Shown in pieces: positions 51,786-62,118 of a stretch of 64,000 bases of DNA (its first letter is position 1; every line of letters begins with the position of its first letter). Location of the stretch: assembly GCF_053078305.1 (NCBI RefSeq), contig NZ_CP166879.1, one strand, 5' to 3'. The translations under genes and the position numbers were made by a program. Under the pieces are notes generated by a model. It saw nothing but the letters and a program-made list of their open reading frames with translations. It ran no database searches and was not told the origin of the DNA.

Positions 51786-54308
51786 GTGACTATGTTACAG
51801 ATAGTCGGCGCGCTGATCCTGCTGATCACAGGATTTGCCATTCTTCGCCTTTTGTTCAGAGCATTAATCAGCACGGCTTCTGCGCTGGCAGGGCTCATAT
51901 TGCTGTGTCTGTTCGGCCCGGCCTTACTGGCTGGCTATATCACCGAACGCATAACCCGGTTGTTCCATATTCGCTGGCTGGCAGGCGTATTTCTGACGAT
52001 TGCCGGAATGATCATCAGCTTCATGTGGGGACTTGATGGTAAACATATCGCGCTGGAGGCTCACACCTTTGACTCTGTGAAATTTATTCTGACCACTGCT
52101 CTCGCCGGTGGTCTGCTGGCTGTTCCCCTGCAGATCAAAAACATTCAGCAGAACGGGATCACACCAGAAGATATCAGCAAGGAAATTAACGGGTATTACT
52201 GCTGTTTTTATACTGCCTTTTTCCTTATGGCGTGTTCTGCATGCGCACCATTGATCGCGTTACAGTACGATATTTCACCGTCACTGATGTGGTGGGGCGG
52301 GTTGTTGTACTGGCTGGCTGCATTAGTGACGCTGCTATGGGCGGCCAGCCAGATCCAGGCGCTGAAAAAACTGACCTGTGCCATCAGCCAGACACTGGAA
52401 GAACAACCGGTGCTCAACAGTAAATCGTGGCTGACCAGTTTGCAAAACGATTACAGCCTTCCTGACTCACTGACGGAGCGCATCTGGCTGACGCTCATTT
52501 CTCAACGGATTTCCCGGGGAGAGCTGAGGGAATTTGAACTGGCAGACGGAAACTGGTTACTGAACAATGCCTGGTATGAAAGAAACATGGCAGGGTTTAA
52601 CGAACAGTTGAAAGAGAACCTGTCATTCACACCTGATGAACTGAAAACGCTCTTCCGGAACCGCCTGAATTTATCACCGGAAGCGAATGACGATTTTCTC
52701 GATCGTTGCCTGGACGGCGGTGACTGGTATCCCTTTTCAGAAGGTCGCCGTTTTGTATCATTCCATCACGTGGATGAGCTTCGTATCTGTGCCTCCTGCG
52801 GGCTGACAGAAGTACATCATGCCCCGGAAAATCATAAGCCGGATCCGGAATGGTACTGCTCCTCTCTTTGTCGCGAAACAGAAACACTGTGTCAGGAAAT
52901 TTATGAACGCCCTTACAACAGCTTTATTTCCGATGCAACGGCGAATGGTCTGATTCTCATGAAACTGCCGGAAACCTGGAGTACAAATGAGAAAATGTTT
53001 GCTTCCGGAGGGCAGGGACATGGGTTTGCCGCTGAACGGGGAAACCATATTGTCGACAGAGTCCGTCTGAAAAACGCACGGATCCTCGGTGATAATAATG
53101 CCAGAAATGGAGCAGACAGACTGGTCAGCGGAACAGAAATCCAGACGAAATATTGTTCAACTGCAGCCCGTAGCGTCGGTGCGGCATTCGACGGACAAAA
53201 CGGACAGTATCGTTACATGGGAAATAATGGCCCCATGCAACTGGAAGTCCCCCGTGATCAGTATGCCGGCGCTGTTGAAACCATGAGGAATAAGATCCGC
53301 GAAGGTAAAGTACCCGGTGTAACCGATCCCGCAGAAGCGTCCCGGCTGATTCGTCGGGGACATCTGACTTATACTCAGGCCCGTAATATCACCCGGTTCG
53401 GGACCATCGAATCGGTCACTTATGATATTGCCGAGGGGTCGGTTGTCAGTCTGGCGGCCGGAGGGATCAGTTTTGCCCTGACGGCATCGATCTTCTGGCT
53501 CAGCACCGGCGATCGCGATGCTGCCCTGCAGACAGCTGCTGTCCAGGCAGGAAAAACCTTCACCCGCACACTGGCTGTCTACGTCACAACCCAGCAACTT
53601 CACCGGCTCACTGTTGTTCAGGGTATGCTGAAGCATATTGATTTTTCGACGGCCAGCCCGACTGTCCGGCAGGCGCTTCAGAAGGGGACCGGTGCAGGAA
53701 ATATCAGTGCCCTGAACAAAGTGATGAAGGGTACGCTGGTGACATCTCTGGCACTGGTAGCTGTCACAACCGGCCCTGACATGATCAAAATGTTGCGGGG
53801 ACGGATCTCCGGTGCGCAGTTCATCAGGAATCTTGCCGTGGCATCTTCCGGTGTGGCAGGTGGTGCTGTCGGGTCAGTGGCGGGCGGGATATTGTTCAGT
53901 CCACTGGGACCATTTGGTGCACTGACAGGGCGTGTGGTTGGCGGTGTTCTGGGGGGAATGATTGCCTCCGCTGTATCAGGAAAAATTGCCGGAGCGCTGG
54001 TTGAAGAAGATCGCGTCAAAATTCTGGCAATGATTCAGGAGCAGGTGACATGGCTTGCCGGCAGTTTCCTGCTGACCGGACATGAGATTGAAAATCTGAA
54101 CGCGAATCTGGCCCGTGTTATCGATCAGAATGCTCTGGAGATCATTTTCGCCGCCGGTATACAACAACGGGCCGCGACCAATATGTTAATCAAACCACTG
54201 GTGGTCAGTATCATCAGGCAACGCCCCGTCATGGAATATGATGCATCCCATCTCGGCAATATGGTTAACCGACTGGAAGAAGCATTACCCCCGGAGTTAC
54301 CGGCATAA
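51786..54308 (+). CDS. yeeR: inner membrane protein, YeeR-like
   Basis: 840 aa with multiple N-terminal TM helices and a Gly-rich C-terminal membrane region; position after flu corresponds to yeeR of CP4-44. Confidence 0.55.
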   Translation: MTMLQIVGALILLITGFAILRLLFRALISTASALAGLILLCLFGPALLAGYITERITRLFHIRWLAGVFLTIAGMIISFMWGLDGKHIALEAHTFDSVKFILTTALAGGLLAVPLQIKNIQQNGITPEDISKEINGYYCCFYTAFFLMACSACAPLIALQYDISPSLMWWGGLLYWLAALVTLLWAASQIQALKKLTCAISQTLEEQPVLNSKSWLTSLQNDYSLPDSLTERIWLTLISQRISRGELREFELADGNWLLNNAWYERNMAGFNEQLKENLSFTPDELKTLFRNRLNLSPEANDDFLDRCLDGGDWYPFSEGRRFVSFHHVDELRICASCGLTEVHHAPENHKPDPEWYCSSLCRETETLCQEIYERPYNSFISDATANGLILMKLPETWSTNEKMFASGGQGHGFAAERGNHIVDRVRLKNARILGDNNARNGADRLVSGTEIQTKYCSTAARSVGAAFDGQNGQYRYMGNNGPMQLEVPRDQYAGAVETMRNKIREGKVPGVTDPAEASRLIRRGHLTYTQARNITRFGTIESVTYDIAEGSVVSLAAGGISFALTASIFWLSTGDRDAALQTAAVQAGKTFTRTLAVYVTTQQLHRLTVVQGMLKHIDFSTASPTVRQALQKGTGAGNISALNKVMKGTLVTSLALVAVTTGPDMIKMLRGRISGAQFIRNLAVASSGVAGGAVGSVAGGILFSPLGPFGALTGRVVGGVLGGMIASAVSGKIAGALVEEDRVKILAMIQEQVTWLAGSFLLTGHEIENLNANLARVIDQNALEIIFAAGIQQRAATNMLIKPLVVSIIRQRPVMEYDASHLGNMVNRLEEALPPELPA

Positions 54309-54383
54309 CGGCTATTCTGCGCCTTTTACGCTTTATCACCTGATTTGTCAGTGTCATCGTCATGACTCAGAGAGGTAAATACC

Positions 54384-54839
54384 ATGATTCACCTGTTCAA
54401 AACCTGCATGATTACCGCCTTCATTCTGGGGTTAACGTGGTCTGCCCCACTCCGGGCACAGGATCAACGTTACATCAGTATACGCAATACAGATACGATA
54501 TGGCTCCCGGGAAATATTTGTGCTTACCAGTTCCGGCTGGATAATGGCGGAAACGATGAAGGATTTGGCCCCCTCACCATCACTCTGCAACTCAAAGACA
54601 AATATGGTCAGACGCTGGTGACCAGAAAAATGGAAACGGAAGCTTTTGGTGACAGTAATGCCACGCGAACCACAGACGCATTTCTGGAAACGGAGTGCGT
54701 GGAAAATGTCGCCACAACCGAAATCATTAAAGCAACTGAAGAAAGTAACGGCCATCGTGTCAGTCTGCCGTTATCGGTTTTCAATCCCCAGGACTACCAT
54801 CCACTGCTGATTACCGTTTCCGGAAAAAACGTTAACTGA
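54384..54839 (+). CDS. putative periplasmic protein
   Basis: 151 aa with N-terminal signal peptide (MIHLFKTCMITAFILGLTWSAPLRA). Confidence 0.45.
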   Translation: MIHLFKTCMITAFILGLTWSAPLRAQDQRYISIRNTDTIWLPGNICAYQFRLDNGGNDEGFGPLTITLQLKDKYGQTLVTRKMETEAFGDSNATRTTDAFLETECVENVATTEIIKATEESNGHRVSLPLSVFNPQDYHPLLITVSGKNVN

Positions 54840-54917
54840 TCCCTGAAGTCAGTTTCATGCTTCAGCCTCTGTCACAACGCGTGGCAGAGGCTTTTTATTT
54901 ATCAGGAGAAAACAGAT

Positions 54918-55151
54918 ATGCCGGGTTACACAGAGTATGTCCTGGCTGAAGGATCTTTCTCATACGGGCAGGCGGTTGCTGTCATAACCGCTTACCGCAA
55001 TGTGTTTATCCAGGATGACCCGGGAATGCATTTCCGTCGGGTTATCCGCAACGCGGAAGGTCAGCGACGCTGGCGCTGCCGGAATTCTGAACCCGATGCC
55101 GGAAAGGTGCTTAATACGCGGCTCGCCAGTGACGGTCTTCTCAGACAATAA
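54918..55151 (+). CDS. hypothetical small protein (DUF905-like island protein)
   Basis: 77 aa ORF at the position where small DUF905-type genes occur in CP4-like islands; assignment from recollection. Confidence 0.4.
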   Translation: MPGYTEYVLAEGSFSYGQAVAVITAYRNVFIQDDPGMHFRRVIRNAEGQRRWRCRNSEPDAGKVLNTRLASDGLLRQ

Positions 55152-55250
55152 ACGTCATTCATTTCACCCATCAGGCCGCGTCTTCTCCGGGAGACGTGGC
55201 TTTTTCATTTATTACACCAGTAAATCTTAACCACCGATAAGGAGCAAATT

Positions 55251-56069
55251 ATGCGACTAGCCAGTCGTTTTGGTTATGCGAACCAGATACGCCGTGACCA
55301 TCCGCTGACACACGAAGAACTGATGCACTATGTGCCGGGGATTTTCGGGGAAGATAAACACACGTCCCGAAGCCAGAACTATACGTACATCCCCACCATC
55401 ACCGTACTGGAAAGCCTGCAGCGGGAAGGCTTTCAGCCATTCTTCGCCTGCCAGACCCGTGTGCGCGACCCGGGCCGCCGGGGATACACAAAACACATGC
55501 TGCGTCTGCGGCGGGCCGGAGAGATAAACGGAGAACATGTCCCTGAAATTATTCTGCTCAACTCTCATGACGGTACCTCCAGCTACCAGATGCTGCCGGG
55601 TTACTTCAGGTTCGTCTGCCAGAACGGATGCGTCTGTGGTCAGTCTCTGGGGGAAGTGCGTGTTCCGCACCGGGGAAATGTGGTGGACAGAGTCATTGAA
55701 GGGGCTTACGAGGTGGTGGGGGTTTTTGACCGGATTGAGGAAAAGCGTGATGCCATGCAGTCGCTGATTCTGCCGCCACCGGCACGCCAGGCGCTGGCAC
55801 AGGCGGCACTGACTTACCGTTATGGTGACGAACATCAGCCCGTCACCACCGCCGACATTCTGACGCCACGACGCCGGGAGGATTACGGTAAGGACCTGTG
55901 GAGTGCTTATCAGACCATTCAGGAGAATATGCTGAAAGGCGGAATTTCAGGTCGCAGCGCTAAAGGAAAACGTATCCATACCCGTGCCATTCACAGCATT
56001 GACACTGACATTAAGCTCAACCGCGCATTGTGGGTGATGGCGGAAACGCTGCTGGAGAGCCTGCGCTGA
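55251..56069 (+). CDS. YafZ-like (DUF932) protein
   Basis: 272 aa; size and position (before the antirestriction and radC-like genes) match yafZ-type genes. Confidence 0.6.
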   Translation: MRLASRFGYANQIRRDHPLTHEELMHYVPGIFGEDKHTSRSQNYTYIPTITVLESLQREGFQPFFACQTRVRDPGRRGYTKHMLRLRRAGEINGEHVPEIILLNSHDGTSSYQMLPGYFRFVCQNGCVCGQSLGEVRVPHRGNVVDRVIEGAYEVVGVFDRIEEKRDAMQSLILPPPARQALAQAALTYRYGDEHQPVTTADILTPRRREDYGKDLWSAYQTIQENMLKGGISGRSAKGKRIHTRAIHSIDTDIKLNRALWVMAETLLESLR

Positions 56070-56123
56070 TTCAGCCATTACCCTGAAAACCACGCATTTA
56101 TTTGTCCTTTAAGGAGTCATTTC

Positions 56124-56609
56124 ATGAAAACCATTTCACATAATTCCACCACATCTTCTGTTTCCGTAACCGCTGCATCAGGGAATGACCAGCCTCAGTT
56201 GGTTGCCAGCCTCGTCCCTGATGAACAGCGCATCAGCTTCTGGCCGCAGCATTTTGGCCTCATTCCACAGTGGGTGACCCTGGAGTCCCGGGTCTTCGGC
56301 TGGATGGACCGTCTGTATGAAGACTACTGCGGTGGTATCTGGAATCTGTACACCCTGAACAACGGTGGCGCATTTATGGCACCCGAACCGGATGACGATG
56401 ATGACGAAACATGGGTGCTGTTTAACGTCATGAACGGTAACCGCGCTGAAATGAGCCCGGAAGCCGCCGGCATTGCCGCCTGTCTGATGGCGTACAGCCA
56501 TCACGCCTGTCGTACAGAGAATTATGCCATGACGGTTCATTATTACCGGCTGCGGGATTATGCCCTGCAGCATCCGGAATGCAGCGCCATTATGCGCATC
56601 ATCGACTGA
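56124..56609 (+). CDS. antirestriction protein (KlcA/ArdB-like; YfjX/YafX family)
   Basis: 161 aa; acidic stretch EPDDDDDETW; canonical position upstream of the radC-like gene. Confidence 0.65.
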   Translation: MKTISHNSTTSSVSVTAASGNDQPQLVASLVPDEQRISFWPQHFGLIPQWVTLESRVFGWMDRLYEDYCGGIWNLYTLNNGGAFMAPEPDDDDDETWVLFNVMNGNRAEMSPEAAGIAACLMAYSHHACRTENYAMTVHYYRLRDYALQHPECSAIMRIID

Positions 56610-56624
56610 ATGGAGGCAGGGACA

Positions 56625-57101
56625 ATGCAGCAGCTTTCCTTTCTGCCCGGAGAGATGACGCCCGGCGAGCGCAGCCTCATTCAGCGGGCCCTGAAAACCC
56701 TGGACCGCCATCTTCATGAACCCGGCGTGGCCTTCACCTCCACCCGTGCGGCACGGGAATGGCTGATTCTGAACATGGCGGGACTGGAGCGTGAAGAATT
56801 CCGGGTGCTGTATCTGAATAACCAGAATCAACTGATTGCCGGTGAAACCCTCTTCACCGGCACCATCAACCGCACGGAAGTCCATCCCCGGGAAGTGATT
56901 AAACGCGCCCTGTACCACAATGCCGCTGCCGTGGTGCTGGCGCACAATCACCCGTCCGGTGAAGTCACACCCAGCAAGGCAGACCGCCTTATCACGGAAC
57001 GTCTGGTACAGGCACTGGGCCTGGTGGATATCCGGGTGCCGGACCATCTGATAGTCGGTGGCAACCAGGTTTTCTCCTTTGCCGAACATGGTCTGCTTTA
57101 A
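56625..57101 (+). CDS. yeeS: RadC-like JAB-domain protein (YeeS/YfjY/YkfG family)
   Basis: JAMM-type motif HNHPSG preceded by a conserved Glu; about 158 aa from the ATG at 56625. Confidence 0.8.
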   Translation: MQQLSFLPGEMTPGERSLIQRALKTLDRHLHEPGVAFTSTRAAREWLILNMAGLEREEFRVLYLNNQNQLIAGETLFTGTINRTEVHPREVIKRALYHNAAAVVLAHNHPSGEVTPSKADRLITERLVQALGLVDIRVPDHLIVGGNQVFSFAEHGLL

Positions 57102-57163
57102 CCCGTCACAACCACATCACGCTTGTTTTCACTTTTATCTTCTGTCTTCAGAGGTATCACACT

Positions 57164-57385
57164 ATGAAAATCATCACCCGTGGTGAAGCCATGCGTATTC
57201 ACCAACAACATCCGGCATCCCGTCTTTTTCCTTTCTGTACCGGCAAATACCGCTGGCACGGCAGTGCTGAGGCGTATACCGGTCGTGAAGTGCAGGATAT
57301 TCCCGGTGTGCTGGCCGTGTTTGCTGAACGCCGTAAGGACAGTTTTGGCCCGTATGTCCGGCTGATGAGCGTCACCCTGAACTGA
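57164..57385 (+). CDS. yeeT: YeeT-like (DUF987) protein
   Basis: 73 aa; position between the radC-like gene and the cbeA/cbtA pair. Confidence 0.6.
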   Translation: MKIITRGEAMRIHQQHPASRLFPFCTGKYRWHGSAEAYTGREVQDIPGVLAVFAERRKDSFGPYVRLMSVTLN

Positions 57386-57403
57386 ATCAGGACGGGCATT
57401 CAG

Positions 57404-58048
57404 ATGAGCAGAATTATCACCTCCACCGTGTATACACTGAATGAGCTATCCGCCACCGCACGGGAAAAAGCCCGCGACGGGTACCGTCAGCATCATGCTG
57501 ACAGCAACTGGTATGAAAACGTGTATGAAGACTTCAGGAAGGTCTGTGACATTTTCGGGATTGACCTCCGCCAGCGCGTTTTCCAGCTCAGCAACGGCAG
57601 GTTTATGGAAGAGCCGTGCATCTGGTTCAGCGGATTCTGCAGCCAGGGGGACGGAGCCTGTTTTGAAGGACGCTGGCACTGGCAGTCAGCAACAGCCAGG
57701 ATAATCCGGGAGTATGCCCCGCAGGACCGTGAGCTTCATCGTATCGCGGATGCCCTGCAGGCGGTGCAGAAGCGTAACTTCTGGCAACTGCAGGCTGAAA
57801 TCCACCACCGGGGACGCTACTGCCATCCGTACAGCATGGATATCACCGTCACCCGGAACAGTCCGACTGGTCAGATAATGACAACCGATGCGGAAGCCGC
57901 TGTCAGCGAAGCCCTGCGCGACCTGGCCTTCTGGCTGTACCGTCAACTGGAAAACGAGTACGACTGGCTGACCTCAGATGCCACTGTGGATGAGGCCCTT
58001 CTCATCAACGAATACACCTTTACCGAAGCCGGTCTGCGCGCCGGCTGA
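57404..58048 (+). CDS. hypothetical protein inserted between yeeT and cbeA
   Basis: 214 aa ORF with ATG start 18 nt after the yeeT stop; codon usage like its neighbours; not recognised by me as part of the canonical yeeS-yeeT-cbeA-cbtA set. Confidence 0.45.
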   Translation: MSRIITSTVYTLNELSATAREKARDGYRQHHADSNWYENVYEDFRKVCDIFGIDLRQRVFQLSNGRFMEEPCIWFSGFCSQGDGACFEGRWHWQSATARIIREYAPQDRELHRIADALQAVQKRNFWQLQAEIHHRGRYCHPYSMDITVTRNSPTGQIMTTDAEAAVSEALRDLAFWLYRQLENEYDWLTSDATVDEALLINEYTFTEAGLRAG

Positions 58049-58097
58049 CCCGTCATCGTTAAACTATCATTCACCGATTTTCTGTGAGGATTTTATC

Positions 58098-58466
58098 GTG
58101 TCAGACACACTCTCCGGGACAACGCATCCTGACGACAATCACGACCGCCCCTGGTGGGGACTCCCCTGCACAGTGACGCCCTGTTTCGGGGCACGTCTGG
58201 TGCAGGAGGGTAACCGGTTGCATTACCTTGCAGACCGCGCCGACATCAGAGGCCGGTTCAGCGATGCGGATGCATACCATCTGGACCAGGCCTTTCCGCT
58301 GCTGATGAAACAACTGGAACTCATGCTCACCAGCGGTGAACTGAATCCCCGCCATCAGCATACCGTCACGCTGTATGCAAAAGGGCTGACCTGCGATGCC
58401 GATACCCTGGGCAGTTGTGGTTACGTGTATATCGCCATTTATCCGACACCCGGAACGAAAACATAA
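58098..58466 (+). CDS. cbeA: CbeA (YeeU) antitoxin of the CbtA/CbeA system
   Basis: 122 aa from the GTG at 58098 with GAGGA upstream; begins [24 protein letters not shown], matching YeeU as I recall it. Confidence 0.85.
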   Translation: MSDTLSGTTHPDDNHDRPWWGLPCTVTPCFGARLVQEGNRLHYLADRADIRGRFSDADAYHLDQAFPLLMKQLELMLTSGELNPRHQHTVTLYAKGLTCDADTLGSCGYVYIAIYPTPGTKT

Positions 58467-58555
58467 ACCACCAGAATAAACCTCTGCTACTGCCCGGTGC
58501 ACCACAGCACCATTCTCCTCAAAATTTAATCGCTCATATCAGGAAAATCTTCATT

Positions 58556-58933
58556 ATGAAAACATTACCCGACACACACGTACGGGCGGCATCGCGCTGC
58601 CCGTCTCCGGTTGAAATCTGGCAGACACTGCTCACCCGACTGCTGGACCAGCACTACGGCCTCACGCTGAATGACACACCGTTCGCCAATGAACGTGTGA
58701 TTGAGCAGCATATTGAGGCAGGCATTTCACTGTGTGATGCGGTGAACTTTCTCGTGGAAAAATACGCGCTGGTACGAACTGACCAGCCAGGATTCAGCGC
58801 CTGTACCCGCTCTCAGTTAATAAACAGCATCGATATCCTCCGGGCTCGCCGGGCAACAGGCCTGATGACCCGCGACAATTACAGAATGGTAAATAACATT
58901 ACCCAGGGTAAGCATCCGGAGGCGCAACAATGA
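58556..58933 (+). CDS. cbtA: CbtA (YeeV) toxin
   Basis: 125 aa from the ATG at 58556 ([30 protein letters not shown]...), matching YeeV. Confidence 0.85.
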   Translation: MKTLPDTHVRAASRCPSPVEIWQTLLTRLLDQHYGLTLNDTPFANERVIEQHIEAGISLCDAVNFLVEKYALVRTDQPGFSACTRSQLINSIDILRARRATGLMTRDNYRMVNNITQGKHPEAQQ

Positions 58934-59418
58934 AACTGGCCCTGACACTGGAAGCCGACAGCATTAACGTGCAGGCACTGAACATGGGGCGCATTGTCGT
59001 TGACGTCGATGGCATTGAGCTCGCTGAACTGATTAACAAAGTCGCTGAAAACGGTTATTCACTCCGTGTGGTGGACGACTCCGACCAACAGTCAACCTGC
59101 ACACCACCACCGTTAACAACCCTTACCGGCATACGCTGCAGCACCGCACATATCACGGAAACAGACAACGCCTGGTTGTACTCGCTGTCACACCAGACCA
59201 GTGACTTCGGCGAATCAGAATGGATTCATTTTACAGGTAGCGGATATCTGTTACGTACCGATGCGTGGTCATACCCGGTTCTGCGGCTTAAACGCCTGGG
59301 GCTGTCAAAAATGTTCCGCCGTCTGGTTGTCACACTTATCCGGCGTTATGGCGTCAGTCTCATTCATCTGGATGCCAGCGCTGAATGCCTGCCGGGTTTA
59401 CCCACTTTCGACTGGTAA
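58930..59418 (+). CDS. yeeW: YeeW-like protein
   Basis: 162 aa; ATGA overlap with cbtA; position matches yeeW. Confidence 0.5.
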   Translation: MKLALTLEADSINVQALNMGRIVVDVDGIELAELINKVAENGYSLRVVDDSDQQSTCTPPPLTTLTGIRCSTAHITETDNAWLYSLSHQTSDFGESEWIHFTGSGYLLRTDAWSYPVLRLKRLGLSKMFRRLVVTLIRRYGVSLIHLDASAECLPGLPTFDW

Positions 59419-59429
59419 CCAGAAACAAC

Positions 59430-59627
59430 ATGAAATCATTAACCACTGAAACAGCGCTGGATATCCTCATTGCGTGGCTGCAGGACAATATCGACTGCGA
59501 ATCGGGAATTATCTTTGACAACGATGAGGATAAAACGGATTCGGCAGCACTGTTGCCCTGTATCGAACAGGCCCGGGAGGATGTCCGTACTCTTCGTCAT
59601 CTGCAGCTTCTGCACCAGAACCGGTAA
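59430..59627 (+). CDS. hypothetical small protein
   Basis: 65 aa from the ATG at 59430; typical small island-end ORF. Confidence 0.35.
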   Translation: MKSLTTETALDILIAWLQDNIDCESGIIFDNDEDKTDSAALLPCIEQAREDVRTLRHLQLLHQNR

Positions 59628-59711
59628 ATATCACTCACCAGACTTCATTCCACTGACGCCAGCCTGAACAGGGCTGGCGTTTTCATTTATCTGCAAAAAG
59701 GAATATCGATT

Positions 59712-60578
59712 ATGTCAGGTATCACAATCTCCCGTCCTGAAGTGGTCAACGGGCATACGGACGTTATCTGTTCCACCTCAATCGGACACATTCTGGCTGT
59801 ACGAAAGACCACACTGATGCAAATCGACACACTTATCCGGCAACTGACAGAAATCTCAGCAATGACAGAAAGTATTGGAGGTAAAACCGCCCCGGACTGG
59901 GCCATAAAACAGAATTTTCGCTGCGGTTGCTGGCTGATGGAGAAACCCGAAACAGCAATGAAAGCCATTACCCGGAATCTTGACCGCGAAATCTGGCGTG
60001 ACCTGATGCAACGTTCCGGGATGCTGTCATTAATGGATGCACAGGCACGTGATACATGGTACCGGTCACTGGAATACGATAATTTTCCGGAAATCAGTGA
60101 AGAGAATATACTGAGTACGTTTGAGCAGCTACACCAGAATAAGGATGAAGTGTTTGAGCGTGGGGTCATCAACGTCTTCAGGGGACTGAGCTGGAATTAC
60201 AAAACCAACTCACCCTGTAAATTTGGCAGTAAAATTATCGTCAACAACCTGGTGAGGTGGGACCGGTGGGGGTTTCATTTTATCACCGGGCAACAGGCAG
60301 ATCGACTTGCCGATCTGGAAAGAATGCTACACCTGTTCAGCGGCAAACCGATCCCCGACAACCGGGAAAACATCACCCTTCGTCTGGATGATCATATCCA
60401 GTCTGTTCAGGGTAAAGAGAACTATGAAGACGAGATGTTCAGTATTAAATACTTTAAGAAAGGCTCAGTACACATCACGTTCAGGAAACCAGAACTGGTT
60501 GACAGGCTTAATGATATTATTGCCAGACACTACCCGGAAGCCCTGGCAAGCACAGTGAACAAAAGCCGCAAGGCATAA
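59712..60578 (+). CDS. DUF4942-like protein (island-end family)
   Basis: 288 aa; family commonly follows cbtA/yeeW in CP4-like islands; assignment from recollection. Confidence 0.55.
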   Translation: MSGITISRPEVVNGHTDVICSTSIGHILAVRKTTLMQIDTLIRQLTEISAMTESIGGKTAPDWAIKQNFRCGCWLMEKPETAMKAITRNLDREIWRDLMQRSGMLSLMDAQARDTWYRSLEYDNFPEISEENILSTFEQLHQNKDEVFERGVINVFRGLSWNYKTNSPCKFGSKIIVNNLVRWDRWGFHFITGQQADRLADLERMLHLFSGKPIPDNRENITLRLDDHIQSVQGKENYEDEMFSIKYFKKGSVHITFRKPELVDRLNDIIARHYPEALASTVNKSRKA

Positions 60579-60649
60579 AAGAGGTATTTTACAATTCGCG
60601 AATATTAACTATTATTAATTGATAGCAATCAATCGGCGAGAAAATCACC

Positions 60650-60913
60650 ATGCCTACCAGTGTATCCCTCAGTCCTTACTTTGAAACGTTTATCCGCGAA
60701 CAAATAGAAAGTGGTCGGTATAACAATACAAGTGAAGTCATTCGTGCCGGACTTCGTGCTCTGGAAGAACGGGAACAGCAGATAAAGCTTGAATCACTCC
60801 AGAGCGCCGTTACCGCAGGCATCAACAGCGGTGAAAGTAAAAGTGCTGAAGAGGTATTCGGGCGACTGACGCACAAATACAAAAAGATGGCAGAAGGTGA
60901 ACAGCCAATATGA
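60650..60913 (+). CDS. parD: ParD-family type II antitoxin
   Basis: 87 aa; ribbon-helix-helix-type N-terminus (SLSPYFETFIREQIESGRYNNTSEVIRAGLRALEE); ATGA overlap with the toxin gene. Confidence 0.75.
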   Translation: MPTSVSLSPYFETFIREQIESGRYNNTSEVIRAGLRALEEREQQIKLESLQSAVTAGINSGESKSAEEVFGRLTHKYKKMAEGEQPI

Positions 60914-61236
60914 AACTGACTGTTTCACCATTAGCAGAACACGATCTTGAAGCTATAGGTGACTGGATCGCTCAGGATAATCCTGTCCGTGCAATCAGTT
61001 TTACCGAAGAGCTTTACCAACAATGTCTGTTGATAGCCGAATCGCCAGTACTCTACAGAGAAAGACCCGAATTAGGGGCTGGGATCAGAGGTTGTTCGTA
61101 TGGTCGTTACCTTCTGCTGTTCAGGGTACTGGATACTGAAGTTCGTATCGAACGTATCGTTCATGGTTCCCGGGATATCAACAGGGTACTTGCAGAGCCA
61201 GACGACAAACCATCAGATCATTTCTGGCAGCCATAA
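60910..61236 (+). CDS. parE: ParE/RelE-family type II toxin
   Basis: 108 aa; ParE-like; translationally coupled to the upstream antitoxin. Confidence 0.75.
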   Translation: MKLTVSPLAEHDLEAIGDWIAQDNPVRAISFTEELYQQCLLIAESPVLYRERPELGAGIRGCSYGRYLLLFRVLDTEVRIERIVHGSRDINRVLAEPDDKPSDHFWQP

Positions 61237-61480
61237 ACAAAATCTGTGCGTTAACGCTCCCTAACACAGGTAGCCAGGTATTTTATAAATCTCTGTATTT
61301 TGTTGTTACTTCGATTCCGCAATTCAGCATATCGAACCAGACAAAATGATTACAGCAAAGCACAAAAAAGAGGGATTATAGCGTCAAAAGAATTCGAATT
61401 GCACATGGGGGCCTCATTGGTGGCCTCGAAAACAACAAAGACAAAACAATCAATACAAAACAATTGGTTATATAACCAGT

Positions 61481-61503
61481 TTCATTCCGAGTCCGGGCAC
61501 CAA
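61481..61503 (+). repeat. 3' remnant of tRNA-Phe (pheU), putative island attachment-site repeat
   Basis: ATTCCGAGTCCGGGCACCA at 61484-61502 matches the last 19 nt of E. coli tRNA-Phe; the upstream sequence is not tRNA-like; it lies 617 bp before the cadC start, the pheU-cadC spacing I recall for K-12. Confidence 0.6.
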
Positions 61504-62118
61504 ATTCATATAAACGGACCTCCACGGAGGTCCGTTTTTCGTTTCAGGACGCCACGATTTAAGCGTTCTGCCTCCAAATCAATTCTACCGATCTCAACCA
61601 GATTCTCCCCACATCACCAGTAATTTGCGGGCATATCCCAATTCGGGAAAATTAGTTCCTGAGCTATAGCACTGACTGACGTGAAATGTCGTGCGGCCCC
61701 GTGATGCTGTTGAACGTCAAATGACGTCATCAGGAGCGTAACGCATCCATAAAGCACAACACCGGTCTGAACGGCGACTGATGAGATTTTCTGAATGAGA
61801 ACAAAGAGAAATGTATCAGTCCGCTTGCTCATGCAAAGACTAACAATCCATTAAAATAGTAAGCGCTCCGGACAATTTTCCATGGATTATTTTCTGAACA
61901 TTTTTCTTTGGCAAAGATGATGAATTTTGATGGTAAGGAATATTACTTCTGGTTCTCAGTAAAATCCTTTCGTAATACCATGTAATCAAGAAGTTTATGG
62001 CTGGTAAAAATAACGTCTTGCATTCACCAATAATATGTAAATAAACCCATCTATAGATGGTAAAAATAGGTTGTGGCAATTATCATTGCATCATTCCCTT
62101 TTCGAATGAGTTTCTATT

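Noticed and set aside
61300-61623. 107-aa plus-strand ORF
   Set aside because: It spans the tRNA-Phe remnant and the conserved pheU-cadC intergenic DNA; more likely non-coding.
61614-62079. Two minus-strand ORFs (72 and 79 aa) upstream of cadC
   Set aside because: They fall in the cadC upstream region with no supporting signals; likely chance ORFs.
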